From assembly GCA_026392115.1 (NCBI GenBank), contig JAPLCQ010000094.1, positions 22,788-86,787 of the forward strand: a stretch of 64,000 bases of DNA. The letters are read 5' to 3'. Positions 18,539-29,133 of this stretch are shown one piece after another. The stretch comes from Armatimonadota bacterium (GTDB lineage Bacteria > Armatimonadota > Chthonomonadetes > Chthonomonadales > CAJBBX01). Position 1 is the stretch's first letter. Each line of letters begins with the position of its first letter. The position numbers were made by a program, and so were the translations under genes. The notes under the pieces were generated by a model that did not search any database, was not told where the DNA came from, and saw only the letters and a program-made list of their open reading frames with translations.

Positions 18539-21500
18539 GGCTTGGTGGGCTGCAACGCGCCGTCGACCGTGACGGCGCGCCCCTTGCGCGTGGCCAGTAC
18601 GGCGTGGACCGCGCCGCAGCGCAGCTTGAGCGGGCCGCCGTTGCGCGAGAGGATGCGGGCGGTCGTGAGCTTGCCGCCGCTCCAGGCCAGGTCGACCACG
18701 AATCCGCCGCGCGCCAGCAGACCCTTCACGCTGCCCGCGGGCCAGGCCCTGGGGAGCGCGGGGAGGAGGCTCACCTCGCCGTCGTGGCTCTGGAGCAGCA
18801 TCTCGGCGATGCCGGACGAGGCGCCGAAGTTGCCGTCGATCTGGAACGGCGGGTGCGCATCGAAGAGGTTCGGGTAGAGGCCGCCCTGCCCGCCGGAGGA
18901 GGCGATGGGCCGCAGCAGGTTATTCAGAATGACGTAGGCGTGGTCGCCATCCAGGAAACGCGCCCAGAGGTTCACCTTCCAGCCCATGCTCCATCCCGTG
19001 GCCGCGTCGCCGCGGAAGAGGAGCGACTGGCGCGCGGCCTTGAAGAGCCCGGTATCGTGCCGCGTGATGTCGGCGCCGGGGTAGACGCCCCAGAGGTGCG
19101 AGACGTGGCGGTGCTCGTTGCGCGGGTCGTCCTTGTCCTCGAGCCACTCCTGCAGCTGCCCGTGGCGACCCACCATGTTGGGGGCAACGCGCTTCGCCGT
19201 CTCCGCCATCCTTGCCGCGAGGTCGGCATCGACGCCCAGCGTCCCGGCGGCGTTCGCGGTGGCGGAGAGCAGGCTGCGAATGATCTGGTGGTCCATGGTG
19301 GGGCCCATGACGAGGCCGCCCTGCTCCGGCGAGTTGGATGGGCCGCTAATGAGATGCCCGGTCAGCGGGTCCTCCACCAGGGCGCTCAGGAAGAAGCGCG
19401 AGGCCTCGCGCATGGCCGGGTAGGCGCGTTGCGCGAGAAACGCCTTGTCGCCGGTGAAGAGGTAGTGCTCCCACATCTGGGTGCAGAGCCACGCGCCGCC
19501 GGTCATCCACATGCCGTGGTCCGAAGCGTTGATGGGCGCGGTACCGCGCCAGAGGTCGAAGTTGTGGTGAAGCACCCATCCCGGCGCGCCGTAGTGGACC
19601 CTTGCCGTCTCGGCGCCCGACCTGGCCAACTCCGCGATGGCGTCGAAGAGGGGCTCCTGGCACTCGGGCAGGTTGCCGGGCAGGGCGGGCCAGTAGTTCA
19701 TCTCCGTGTTGATGTTGCAGGTGTACTTGCTGTCCCACGGCGGGTTCATCTGGTCGTTCCAGACGCCCTGCAGGTTGGCGGGTTGCCCCCCGGCGCGGCT
19801 GCAGGCGATGAGCAGGTATCGGCCGTACTGGAAGACCAGCGTGGCCAGGTGCGGGTCGCCGCCCCTACGGAAGTCGGCGATCCGGGCGTCGGTGGGCCGC
19901 TCGGAGGCGGGGGTGCGGCCCAGGTCCAGCGCCACGCGGCGGAAGAGCGCCCGGTGGTCGGCCACATGGGCCTTCCGGAGGGCGTCGTAGTCCTTGCCCG
20001 CGGCATCGGCGAGCGCCCTGGCGCACCGGACCGCGGGGTCGGCGTTCAGGGTGCGGTAGTCCGTGAAGTTCGTGGCGGCCACGAGCCGGACCGTGAGCGA
20101 ACGAGCCCCCGTCACGCGGATGCCCTCCTCGGTCGGCGTCGCCGTTCCGCCCTGTGCGGCCACCTGCGCCACGCACTGGAAGCGGATGCCACCCTCCTCG
20201 ACCTGACCGGTAAGGACGATCCGGTCGCCCTTCACCGCCACCGAAGCCCTCGCGTGCGGGCTGCTCAGGCGCACGGTGCAGTCGAGCTTGCCCGCCCTGT
20301 CGGAACTGACGCGGGTGAGGATCATCTGGTCGGGGTGCGACGCGAACGTCTCGCGCCGGTACCGGACGCCACCGATGCGGTATTCCGTGGTGCAGGCGGC
20401 GCTGTCCAGATCGAGCCAACGCCGGTAGCCGGAGACCGCCTGCGCCGCCGGGAAGTCGAGCCAGAGGTCGCCGCAGGGCTGGTAGGCCTTCTGGCCCAGC
20501 GGGATGCTCATGAAGTCTCGGGAGGCCAGATCCTGTGCTTCGCGCTGGCGGGCGTCCGCCGTGGCCATCAGGCGGCGGGCCTCCGGCGTGCCGAGGTCCG
20601 GGTCGAGCCGCCGGGCCTCGCGCTCGGCCGTGCGCCCCTCCTGCAGCAGGCGGCGGATCTCCGGCAGAGCCTGCGCGGCGCCCGGGTGGGCGTAGCCGTG
20701 CGGCTTGCCGGTCCAGACCGTGTGCTCGTTGAACTGGATGCGCTCCGTGGTGACGCCGCCGAAGACCATGGCGCCCATCCGACCGTTGCCCACGGGCAGG
20801 GCCTCCGCCCACTGGCCCGCAGGGCGCAGGTACCAGAGGCTCAGCGGAGCGGCGGGCGCCGCGGGCTCATCGAGGAACTCGCCGTCGAAGGACTGCATCG
20901 TCACGCCACCACCTCCTGTGCGCTTGAGAACGAGCGTGCCCGCCTGCGGCCGGATCGCCGCGCCGGGGGCCGGGGTGAAGAGCCAGTCGCCCAGGACGCC
21001 CGCCGGGGCAGGCGCCGTCGGTGCCGCGGCCCGGGCGGCGATCTCCTCGGCGGAGAGCGCCCGGCCGTAGACCGCCGCGCGGAGGATGCGCCCCAGGAAC
21101 CGGTTGCCGCCGGTGGGGTCCGCGCCGATCACCAGCGGCACGCGGGATCGCGTCATCTCTGGGAAGGCGCCGGCCAGGCTTGCGGCCTCGCGGCCGGAGA
21201 CGTAGAGCTTCATACGGCGACCCGAGACGCTGTAGACCCCGGCCACGTGCGTCCATCGGTCGCCGGGCAGGCGGGCGTCGTGGTTGCACATACCCATGTG
21301 GTTGAGCAGGCGCAGCGAGTTTCCGGGATGGGTGTCCAGCATGTAGCCGAGTTGCGTGCCGGGCTCCGATTTGTCCAGGATGCGCCCGCCGGGCTGCTCC
21401 ATGGCGTCGGCGCGCACCCATGCCTCCAGCGTCAACTCGCGCGCCAGGTCCAGTTCGCGCGAAGCCACCGCATAGAGCGCCGAACGACCGTCGAGGCGAT

Positions 21501-21570
21501 AGCCCTCCTGCGGCTGGGCGGCGGCGGTGGTGGCGGCCAGGAGCATGGGCACGAGCAAGCGTAACAACAT
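18535..21570 (-). CDS. GH95 alpha-L-fucosidase with an N-terminal LamG domain
   Basis: [63 protein letters not shown]. Confidence 0.92.
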   Translation of the reverse strand: MLLRLLVPMLLAATTAAAQPQEGYRLDGRSALYAVASRELDLARELTLEAWVRADAMEQPGGRILDKSEPGTQLGYMLDTHPGNSLRLLNHMGMCNHDARLPGDRWTHVAGVYSVSGRRMKLYVSGREAASLAGAFPEMTRSRVPLVIGADPTGGNRFLGRILRAAVYGRALSAEEIAARAAAPTAPAPAGVLGDWLFTPAPGAAIRPQAGTLVLKRTGGGGVTMQSFDGEFLDEPAAPAAPLSLWYLRPAGQWAEALPVGNGRMGAMVFGGVTTERIQFNEHTVWTGKPHGYAHPGAAQALPEIRRLLQEGRTAEREARRLDPDLGTPEARRLMATADARQREAQDLASRDFMSIPLGQKAYQPCGDLWLDFPAAQAVSGYRRWLDLDSAACTTEYRIGGVRYRRETFASHPDQMILTRVSSDRAGKLDCTVRLSSPHARASVAVKGDRIVLTGQVEEGGIRFQCVAQVAAQGGTATPTEEGIRVTGARSLTVRLVAATNFTDYRTLNADPAVRCARALADAAGKDYDALRKAHVADHRALFRRVALDLGRTPASERPTDARIADFRRGGDPHLATLVFQYGRYLLIACSRAGGQPANLQGVWNDQMNPPWDSKYTCNINTEMNYWPALPGNLPECQEPLFDAIAELARSGAETARVHYGAPGWVLHHNFDLWRGTAPINASDHGMWMTGGAWLCTQMWEHYLFTGDKAFLAQRAYPAMREASRFFLSALVEDPLTGHLISGPSNSPEQGGLVMGPTMDHQIIRSLLSATANAAGTLGVDADLAARMAETAKRVAPNMVGRHGQLQEWLEDKDDPRNEHRHVSHLWGVYPGADITRHDTGLFKAARQSLLFRGDAATGWSMGWKVNLWARFLDGDHAYVILNNLLRPIASSGGQGGLYPNLFDAHPPFQIDGNFGASSGIAEMLLQSHDGEVSLLPALPRAWPAGSVKGLLARGGFVVDLAWSGGKLTTARILSRNGGPLKLRCGAVHAVLATRKGRAVTVDGALQPTKP

Positions 21571-21730
21571 GGGGCTACCTCACGGTTGGGCAGGGCGCCG
21601 CAGCGCCTCTGGGCGATAGGTACGCCGCGGCGCGCCTCGCATCCTGCCGCGGCGCCGCGAAACGCGCCCGGCGGGCCGCACGTACCCCTATCGTGCTGCG
21701 TCGCAACACTGCAGCCGAGGAGGCCCAGCC

Positions 21731-22753
21731 GTGCTCGTGCCCTGCCTGCTGACCTTCACGCTCGCCCTGGCGCCCGGCAGGCCCCTCGTGGGCGTGGCGG
21801 CCAACCCGCCCGCGGGCTCCACCGGGGCGCAGTTCCTCGTGGGCGTCCGCGACGCCCAACGCATGGGCTGCCGCCTGATGACCTCCTCGCACAAGTGGTC
21901 CGAACTGGAGCCGAAGCCCGGCGAGTACGTCCTCAAGCCGCTGGAGGATGCCCTCAACGGGCTGCCGCTCTTCGGCTTCACCGTGGCGCTGACGATCCAG
22001 ACACTGGATACCAACAACCGGACGCTGCCGCCCGACCTGATGGAGAAGCCGCTGGACTCCCCCGAGGTGCGGAGCCGCTTCGACGCCCTGGTGAGGAAGA
22101 TCGCGGCAAAGCTCGGCAAGCGTTGCCCCTGGGTGATGCTCGCCAACGAGGCCGACGTCTACCTGGCCACCCATCCCAGTGAGCTGGAGCCCTTCTGTAC
22201 GCTCATGGATCAGGGCCGCCGCACGCTTCGGGCCGCGCGTCCGGACATCCTCGTAGGCGTGACCTGCACCCATGACGGCCTCCGCGACCGCCCCGCCGCC
22301 GTCGGCCGGATGAACCGGGAGATGGACGTCTGCACGCTCACCTACTACCCGCTCGGACCCGGCTTCGGAGTGCGGCCCGTGGGCGATGTGCCCGCCGACA
22401 TGGCGCGCATGGTGCGCGGCGCCGGCGGCAAGCCGCTGCTGATCCAGGAGATCGGCTACCCCGCCGCGGAGCTGCTCGGCAGTTCGGGCGCGAAACAGGC
22501 GGCCTTCGTCGATGCCGTCTTCGACGCCGCCGAGAGGCACGCCTCGGCCATCGCCGGGCTCTGCTTCTTCATCCTGCACGACTTCGGCGACAAGCTGACC
22601 GACGAACTGCTCTCCTACTACCGCCTGCCCGACCCCAGGTTCCGCGCCTACCTGGCCACGCTGGGCCTCAAGGAGGCCGATGGCAAGCCCCGCCCGGCCT
22701 ACGAAAGGTTCGAGGCACGAGTGGCGAGGTGGTTGAAGGGCGGAGGCGCGTAG
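21731..22753 (+). CDS. Clan GH-A TIM-barrel glycoside hydrolase-like secreted protein
   Basis: WSELEPKPGEY; ANE acid/base motif; YYP; LLIQEIGYP nucleophile; LGL..DGKPRPAY. Confidence 0.65.
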   Translation: MLVPCLLTFTLALAPGRPLVGVAANPPAGSTGAQFLVGVRDAQRMGCRLMTSSHKWSELEPKPGEYVLKPLEDALNGLPLFGFTVALTIQTLDTNNRTLPPDLMEKPLDSPEVRSRFDALVRKIAAKLGKRCPWVMLANEADVYLATHPSELEPFCTLMDQGRRTLRAARPDILVGVTCTHDGLRDRPAAVGRMNREMDVCTLTYYPLGPGFGVRPVGDVPADMARMVRGAGGKPLLIQEIGYPAAELLGSSGAKQAAFVDAVFDAAERHASAIAGLCFFILHDFGDKLTDELLSYYRLPDPRFRAYLATLGLKEADGKPRPAYERFEARVARWLKGGGA

Positions 22754-22957
22754 GCGGGGCTCGGTTCGGGCGGGTCCGTGCACGCTGCCCCGGAACACGG
22801 ACATCCACGGACTCCGGCGGCGCCGACCCCGAGTGCGCGCCGGTTTGGGCCGGCGAAGCGGCGGGTCGCCGCGGCAGGGATTCGCAGGCTCTGCGGCGAA
22901 ACTACATATTGGGTGACCGGGACGCGCATCTGATGCCGGCTCGCCCGGGGAGGCTCG

Positions 22958-23416
22958 ATGGGTCAGCTTACGGCCAGGTCGCTGGCCGCCATTATCGGCT
23001 GGGCGCTCTGCGGAGCGGGCGCCGTGAGCACGGCGGAGATCTTCTTCTCCTCGCGCACGTCTCTGCCGCCGCAGACGGCGGTGGCGTGGGGCCTTGGTCC
23101 GCTGGAGCTTGCGGTCGGCATTGCCGTCATTGCCCTGCGAAGCCGGTTCCCCAATAAGGCCGTGCTGAACCCCGGACCACTCGGGCTCACAGGCCTGCTG
23201 CTGGTCCTGGCGCCGGTGGTGACGGGCGTTCTCGGCGCCACCGTGGCCAAGGGCGACACGATCCGCATCGGCACCAATACGGCCATGCTCACGCTACTGC
23301 TGGCGGTGCCCGGCATCGGCATGCTCGTGGGCGCCTTTCGCCTCATGATGTACGACAGGCAGCACGGGCGGCCGGTGCAGGCCGAACCCAAGACCAGGAT
23401 TCGGAAGCGCAAGTAG
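22958..23416 (+). CDS. Hypothetical membrane protein with about 4 TM segments
   Basis: Four hydrophobic stretches and a basic C-terminal tail; GGGAGG RBS. Confidence 0.65.
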   Translation: MGQLTARSLAAIIGWALCGAGAVSTAEIFFSSRTSLPPQTAVAWGLGPLELAVGIAVIALRSRFPNKAVLNPGPLGLTGLLLVLAPVVTGVLGATVAKGDTIRIGTNTAMLTLLLAVPGIGMLVGAFRLMMYDRQHGRPVQAEPKTRIRKRK

Positions 23417-23458
23417 GCTCGCGCCCGCAAGCCCGAGCGGGCGCCGAAGGAGACGCGC

Positions 23459-24238
23459 GTGGCCCGTACTCTCGTCGTGGTGAACCAGAAGGGCGGCGTC
23501 GGGAAGACCACCACCGCCGTGAATCTGGGCGCGTGTCTGGCGCTAGCCGGCCGGAAGGTGCTGCTCGTCGACCTGGACCCTCAGGGCAACGCCACCAGCG
23601 GCCTGGGCATCGACAAGTCCTCCGTGGGCGCTCAGTCCGGCGGCCCGCCCTCCATCTACGATGTGCTCGTGGACGAGGCGCCCATCGCGTCGGCGATCCA
23701 GCAGACCGAGGTGCCCGGCCTCGCCGTGACGCCCGCCAACCTGGATCTCGCCGGCGCCGAGGTGGAGCTGATGACACGGCTGGCCCGCGAGCACTGCCTC
23801 AAGGAGTGCCTGGCGCCGTTGAAGCCCGACTACGACTTCGTGCTGATCGACACGCCGCCGTCGCTGGGCCTGCTCACCCTCAATGCCCTTGTCGCGGCCG
23901 ATGAGGCCGTCGTGCCGATCCAGTGCGAGTACTACGCGCTGGAGGGCGTCTCGCAGCTCATGCGCACCGTGGACCTCGTCTCGCGGCGGCTGAACCCGGC
24001 ACTGCGCGTGGGCCTCGTCATCATGACGATGTACGACAACCGGGTGCGGCTCTCGCAGCAGGTGGTCGACGAGGTGCGCCGCGTCTTCGGCGACCGGGTC
24101 TCGGCCACGCTGGTGCCGCGCAACGTCCGGCTCTCCGAGGCGCCCAGCCACGGCCGGCCCATCGCCCTCTACGATCCCCGGGCGCGCGGGGCGGTGGCCT
24201 ACCGCCATATCGCCCAGGAGGTGATCAGCCATGTCTAG
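23459..24238 (+). CDS. parA: Chromosome partitioning ATPase ParA/Soj
   Basis: NQKGGVGKTTT; DLDPQGNAT; IDTPPSLG; PIQCEYYALEG; PRNVRLSEAPSHG. Confidence 0.95.
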   Translation: MARTLVVVNQKGGVGKTTTAVNLGACLALAGRKVLLVDLDPQGNATSGLGIDKSSVGAQSGGPPSIYDVLVDEAPIASAIQQTEVPGLAVTPANLDLAGAEVELMTRLAREHCLKECLAPLKPDYDFVLIDTPPSLGLLTLNALVAADEAVVPIQCEYYALEGVSQLMRTVDLVSRRLNPALRVGLVIMTMYDNRVRLSQQVVDEVRRVFGDRVSATLVPRNVRLSEAPSHGRPIALYDPRARGAVAYRHIAQEVISHV

Positions 24239-25082
24239 GAAGGGGCTTGGGAAGGGCCTCGGCGCCCTGATCGACGACGGCGCACAGAGCGAGGCATCCC
24301 GCGAGGTCCAGATCGAAGCCATCACCCCCAACCCCTACCAGCCGCGGCAGGACTTCGATCCGCAGCGTCTGGCCGAGCTCGTCGACTCGGTGAAGGAGCA
24401 TGGCGTCCTGCAGCCGCTGCTGGTTCGGCGGCTCGGCCCCGATCGGTTCGAGCTGATCGCCGGCGAACGGCGGTTCCGCGCCGCCAGGGAGGCGGGCCTC
24501 GCGACCGTGCCCGCGCTGGTCCGAGAGTGTACCGACACGGAGATTCTGGAGCTGGCGATCATTGAGAACGTCCAGCGCGAGGACATCAACCCCGTGGAAG
24601 CCGCCCACGCCTACCGCAGGCTGATGACCGAGTTCGGCATGACGCAGGAGGACGTGGCCCGCCGCGTGGGCAAGGCGCGCCCCACCGTGGCCAACACGCT
24701 GCGTCTGCTCGCCCTGCAGGAGCCCATCGTGGCGAGCATCCGCGGCGGCGAGATCACCGAAGCCCATGCCCGGTACCTGCTGCAGGCCCCCGATCCCGTC
24801 AGGCTGGAGGTATGGGAGCAGGTACGGAAGCGGGGCCTGACGGTCAAGGAGACCGACGCCCTCGTGCGGCGCGCCGCTTCGGGCAAACCCACCCGTCCGC
24901 GGACCACGCGAGCCGCAACGCAACAGGAGAAGGACCCCTTCGCGGCGGCGCTGGAGGAGGCCCTGGAGACGGCGCTGGGCACCCGCGTCCGCATCCGGCC
25001 CGACGGCGCCACGGGGAGGATCGAGATCGAGTACTACTCGCCCGAGGAGCTGGAGGGCATCGTCGACCGCATCCTGAACTGA
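24231..25082 (+). CDS. parB: Chromosome partitioning protein ParB/Spo0J
   Basis: KGLGKGLGALI; PNPYQPR; GERRFRA; IENVQRED; HTH; C-terminal GRIEIEYY. Overlaps parA. Confidence 0.95.
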   Translation: MSRKGLGKGLGALIDDGAQSEASREVQIEAITPNPYQPRQDFDPQRLAELVDSVKEHGVLQPLLVRRLGPDRFELIAGERRFRAAREAGLATVPALVRECTDTEILELAIIENVQREDINPVEAAHAYRRLMTEFGMTQEDVARRVGKARPTVANTLRLLALQEPIVASIRGGEITEAHARYLLQAPDPVRLEVWEQVRKRGLTVKETDALVRRAASGKPTRPRTTRAATQQEKDPFAAALEEALETALGTRVRIRPDGATGRIEIEYYSPEELEGIVDRILN

Positions 25083-25094
25083 GGAGGGCCGCGC

Positions 25095-28019
25095 TCAGCC
25101 CTGCGCCTCGGGAGACAGCCACTTCTCCAGCGTCAGCTGGTTGCGGCCCAGTTCGTCGTGGTCGAGCGACTTGCCGTCCACGGAGAGCCTGATCGTCGGG
25201 TTGCCCAGCTCGATCGCCCGCCGATCCATCGAGCCGCCGCGGTCGGTGATCCTGACCCTGGCCCGATCACTGAAGACCGAGACCTCTACGGCAAGCGTGG
25301 TCGCGGCCTCGCTGACCGACGTGGCCGGGTCCATACCTCCCGCCGGGCGGCGCACCACCTCGCGCACGGCCGTACAGGCGGCCAGGCAGAGCGCCTCGAC
25401 ATCGGCGCGCGGCATGGCGGGCATGTGCGTCGAGACGAACTGGTCGACAAATCCGTCGGCCTGCCCGATCCCCTCGTCATCGGCGCTCACCTCCACCGTT
25501 TCGAACGCCACGAGAGAGAGGACGCGCTCGGGGTCGACCACCGCTGCCACGCAGGTCAGGTCATCTACCAGGAGATCAGATCCGCTGAACTCCCGGACGG
25601 CCTCGCGCACGCGCGTTACGACCCCTTCGGCCGAGAGACCCGAACAGGAAGCCAGCAGGTCCGCCAGGCGCTCCATCCCGAACAGGTCGCCGTCCCTGCC
25701 CCGCGTCTCGATCACACCGTCGGACACGGCGACCAGGATGTCACCCAACGCGATGGGATGGGTGTGCTGCCGGTACACCTCCCGCTCGATGAATCCCAGC
25801 GGCGTGTTCTCACCGGTCAGACAACGGCACTCGCCCGAGGCCGCGCAATACTGCAGCATGGCCGGGTGCCCGCAATCCACCACGGTCACGGTCATGGCCG
25901 TCACGTCGATCCGGGCGAAGCAGAGCGTGACGAACCACTCAAGCTCGATGAGCGCCGGCGTCAGGGCTGTGTGCGTCGCGGCCACGACCTCCTCGGGAGC
26001 CGCCAGTCGGTTATGGACTCGGAGATCCTGGCTGAGCTTGGCCACAGCCCTTGCGAAGTGCCCCTTTGCGGCCGCGCCCAGCAGCGCGGCCGGAAGCCCC
26101 TTCCCCATCACATCGCCTACGATGACATCCACCATGGTCGGCGAGTGCCAGAAGAAGTCCAGATAGTCGCCGCCGACCGCCTCCGAGGGTAGGGCCACAG
26201 CCGCCAGGGAGAAGCCGGCCAGATCGGTGGGCGCCGCCCCGACGAGAAAGGCTTTCTGGATGCCTGCGCCAATGAAGAGGTCGCGGTTTCGCGTCGCCTC
26301 GAGCGATGTCGCGGTCTCCCGCAGCGCCTTCTCGGCGGCGCGGCGCAGGGCGATATCCTGCACGAAGACGGCGAGCGCTCCGCTCTCCTCGTCATTGAGT
26401 CGAGCCACGCTCACCTCCACGGGAGTGAAGCCGCCGTACTGCCCGCGAGCCCAGCCCTCGAAGCGTCCACCCGCCATGTGCTCAAGGAACCGGGGCGGCG
26501 GCATGGGACCGTCGGCCGCCTCTGCCAGGCTGATGAGGCCCCAGATGCCGCGCTCGCGCGCGGTTTCCGTCGTGCAGCCGAACATGGTCCGGGCGGCCGC
26601 GTTCAGGTCCTCCAGCCGCCCGTCGTCCCGGACGGTGATGACGGCGCTGAACGTGGCATCCAGGATCGCCGTCTTGCGCGCCTCGGAGCGGCGCCGCGCC
26701 TCGCGGTCTGCATGCTGCACGGTGTAATCGCGGTTCGTGCCCGCCACGCGGACGGCCTTGCCCTGGTTGTTCCGCTCAACGACGCCGCCCCGGCACTGAA
26801 TCCACCGGAAGCTGCCGTCCTTGGCCCGAGCGCGGAACTCGGCCTCGAAGCCAGGGCTGTCGCCCTCGATATGCTTCATCAGGGCCGACTCCACCGCGGG
26901 CCGGTCTTCCGGCTCCATCAGTTCGGCGAGCCCCTTGCGCTCTGAAGGCATTTCGCCGGGATCAAACCCGAGGATTGCAGACCAGCGGTGGTCGAGGAGC
27001 AGCCTGCCGGTTCGCAGGTCCAAATCCCACACCCCGATATCGGCGCCGCGCAAGGCCAGCTCCAGTTGCCGCCGGCTATCCGAGAGGGCGCGTTCCGCCT
27101 TGTCGCGCCGCGCCAGCAGACGCTGCATCATGAGGGTGGCGTAGATGCCCAGGGCCACGAAGACGGCCAGGAGCAGCAGCGAGCCCGACCAAAGCTGCTG
27201 AAGCGCACGCCCTCGGTCCACGGTGCAGATGACCCAGACCGGGCGATCCATGACGGAGGCCGGGCAGACGGCGGTGATGGCCCGCCAGCGGGCCGTTCCG
27301 AGCCGGATGCGGTTGGTCGTCGTAAACTCGAGACGCTGGGCCAGGTTGCGCTTCTCGGCTCCAAGGCCCAGGTCGATGTCGTGCGTCGCCGAGGCGCCCC
27401 TGGCCTCTACGAGCGCCGTGGCGACGCCGTCGCCGTCGATCAAGGCCGACAGCGTCCGGGAACCGGCGGAAGGCCGCGCCACGCTCTCGGCCATCAGTGC
27501 GCCGACATCGATGGCGGCCGTGGCTCGAATCTGCCGTCGACCGCCCACGGCGTTGATCAGCCAGACGCCGACCTCGGCGCCGGCGACGCCTTCGCGCGGA
27601 TTCTGCCGCCGGGTGCTGAAGTGGCCGGTGTCGCTACGCGAAACGACGACCGGCGCACCGCCCGGAGCCGTGACGATGATGTGCCGGATGACGTCCTGGT
27701 GCCGGACGTAGAACCTGCGCGCGCGATCCGGCACGGAGAGCACCAGGTCGGGGTCCTGATCCAGGATCGCGTCGAACCCGCCGCCGCTCACCTCACCCCG
27801 GAAGTCGGTCTCAAGCATCTCGGCGGTACGGCTGAGGTCCGCGGCATTGCTGCGGGCCTGGTCCAGGACATCCTGATGGATGCCCTGGATTTGATCCATC
27901 ACGAAGGCAATGTAGAGGAGTATGCCCAGCACCGCGAGCGTGGCCGTGCCGATTACGGCAACGGAGCCGCTGAACCGGGAGCTCAGCCGCGTCACGACCC
28001 GAGGTATGCGCGACGGCAT
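25095..28019 (-). CDS. Membrane sensor: TM - extracellular domain - TM - PAS - PAS - SpoIIE (PP2C) phosphatase - degenerate HATPase-like tail
   Basis: GVWDLDL and DGSFRWIQCRG PAS motifs; VGGDYLDF, GDVMGKG, CGHP, SDGVIE and DDLT PP2C motifs. ATG overlaps the upstream TGA. Confidence 0.85.
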   Translation of the reverse strand: MPSRIPRVVTRLSSRFSGSVAVIGTATLAVLGILLYIAFVMDQIQGIHQDVLDQARSNAADLSRTAEMLETDFRGEVSGGGFDAILDQDPDLVLSVPDRARRFYVRHQDVIRHIIVTAPGGAPVVVSRSDTGHFSTRRQNPREGVAGAEVGVWLINAVGGRRQIRATAAIDVGALMAESVARPSAGSRTLSALIDGDGVATALVEARGASATHDIDLGLGAEKRNLAQRLEFTTTNRIRLGTARWRAITAVCPASVMDRPVWVICTVDRGRALQQLWSGSLLLLAVFVALGIYATLMMQRLLARRDKAERALSDSRRQLELALRGADIGVWDLDLRTGRLLLDHRWSAILGFDPGEMPSERKGLAELMEPEDRPAVESALMKHIEGDSPGFEAEFRARAKDGSFRWIQCRGGVVERNNQGKAVRVAGTNRDYTVQHADREARRRSEARKTAILDATFSAVITVRDDGRLEDLNAAARTMFGCTTETARERGIWGLISLAEAADGPMPPPRFLEHMAGGRFEGWARGQYGGFTPVEVSVARLNDEESGALAVFVQDIALRRAAEKALRETATSLEATRNRDLFIGAGIQKAFLVGAAPTDLAGFSLAAVALPSEAVGGDYLDFFWHSPTMVDVIVGDVMGKGLPAALLGAAAKGHFARAVAKLSQDLRVHNRLAAPEEVVAATHTALTPALIELEWFVTLCFARIDVTAMTVTVVDCGHPAMLQYCAASGECRCLTGENTPLGFIEREVYRQHTHPIALGDILVAVSDGVIETRGRDGDLFGMERLADLLASCSGLSAEGVVTRVREAVREFSGSDLLVDDLTCVAAVVDPERVLSLVAFETVEVSADDEGIGQADGFVDQFVSTHMPAMPRADVEALCLAACTAVREVVRRPAGGMDPATSVSEAATTLAVEVSVFSDRARVRITDRGGSMDRRAIELGNPTIRLSVDGKSLDHDELGRNQLTLEKWLSPEAQG

Positions 28020-29032
28020 CAAGGCTGCTCGGACGCGATAGACCAAGCTGACCAGCCGAGGGCGGGTAGCGGCACGGCGAGGATGACCGACTGCGTATTG
28101 CCCACGCTGAAGGTGGCACGCCGGGCGCCGCGGCGCAGAATCTGCTCCGCCGCCGTCCGGACCGATGCGGTCCGCGCTTTCAGGAGGTTGAAGTCCTCGG
28201 ACTGGTACTGGTCGCTCTTAACGCTCTCCGAATAGCGGTGCTCGGACATCAGGGGCATGTTGAGCAGCCGGAGCGCCGTCTCGCCCGCCGAAACGATGAC
28301 GCCGCCGGGCCCCACCAGCAGCGAAGCGCCGTCGGCGGGGATGTGCCTCTCGGTCAGCCTCTGCACCGTGACGTCGAGGCCCACCACGCCCTCCAAGCGA
28401 TCCTTCACGTAGACCGGCGCGATACAGGAGACCATCCAACCCCGGCCGGCAGGATCGAGGTAGGGAGCGTTGACCCACACGACCTTTCGCCCCGGGTTGT
28501 GCTTCGCATCGGCCAGGTAGTAGAAGTTGAACTTGGGGATGTTCATCTTCGGCTCGTACTGAGCCACGGTGTCGAAGGCCGGGTAGATGCGGTTCAGGGA
28601 GCGGCGCTCGTTGTAGTAGGACTGCACCACTGCCGGATTGGCGCGCGTGACCTTGATGAGCGCCGGGTTGATGGCCTCGGTGAACCAGGTGACCCGCTTG
28701 AGGTCGGCGTCGATGGGCGCGTAGCCCGAGACGAAGACGGTGGGGGCGCCGTCCTGCACCTTGCGGAAGTAGACGCCGCTCGGAGCGAAGGCGTAGTCCT
28801 CGCGCCGAACGGTCTTGAGCGTCGCGTCCGCCTTGCCGTAGCACTCCACCGTGGCTTGGGAAAGCTCGGCGGTGAGCCGCTCCACATCATCGATATCGGC
28901 CTCGATGAGCGCGGCGGTGCGGGCCAGCCGCGCGGCGCCCTGCTCGAGCCCCAACGGCGCCTTCCGGCAACCGGCCGACCAGACGACCGCGGCGAGCGCG
29001 GCGACGACGAGCGCCGCGGCCCGGACGCCCAT
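28019..29032 (-). CDS. Stand-alone Cache-domain lipoprotein
   Basis: Lipobox WSAGC; FYYLAD..HNP; VW..PYLDPAGRGWMVSCIAPVY; GVVGLDVT. Confidence 0.8.
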   Translation of the reverse strand: MGVRAAALVVAALAAVVWSAGCRKAPLGLEQGAARLARTAALIEADIDDVERLTAELSQATVECYGKADATLKTVRREDYAFAPSGVYFRKVQDGAPTVFVSGYAPIDADLKRVTWFTEAINPALIKVTRANPAVVQSYYNERRSLNRIYPAFDTVAQYEPKMNIPKFNFYYLADAKHNPGRKVVWVNAPYLDPAGRGWMVSCIAPVYVKDRLEGVVGLDVTVQRLTERHIPADGASLLVGPGGVIVSAGETALRLLNMPLMSEHRYSESVKSDQYQSEDFNLLKARTASVRTAAEQILRRGARRATFSVGNTQSVILAVPLPALGWSAWSIASEQP

Positions 29033-29133
29033 GGAATGGCTCCACCACGACCGAACGGGGGCGGACAAATGCCCGCCCCCGGCAGCCCGGCGGCACGCCC
29101 TGCTAGACGGCCCGATCATGTCTGGTATCCGGT

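Noticed and set aside
18523..21564. 1013-aa + strand ORF, and similar long antisense ORFs such as 6719-8395, 30810-32348 and 32957-35251
   Set aside because: These are shadow frames of real high-GC genes on the opposite strand, with no family motifs.
23459..25082. Replication origin near parAB
   Set aside because: No dnaA, gidAB, DnaA-box cluster or AT-rich unwinding element is visible.
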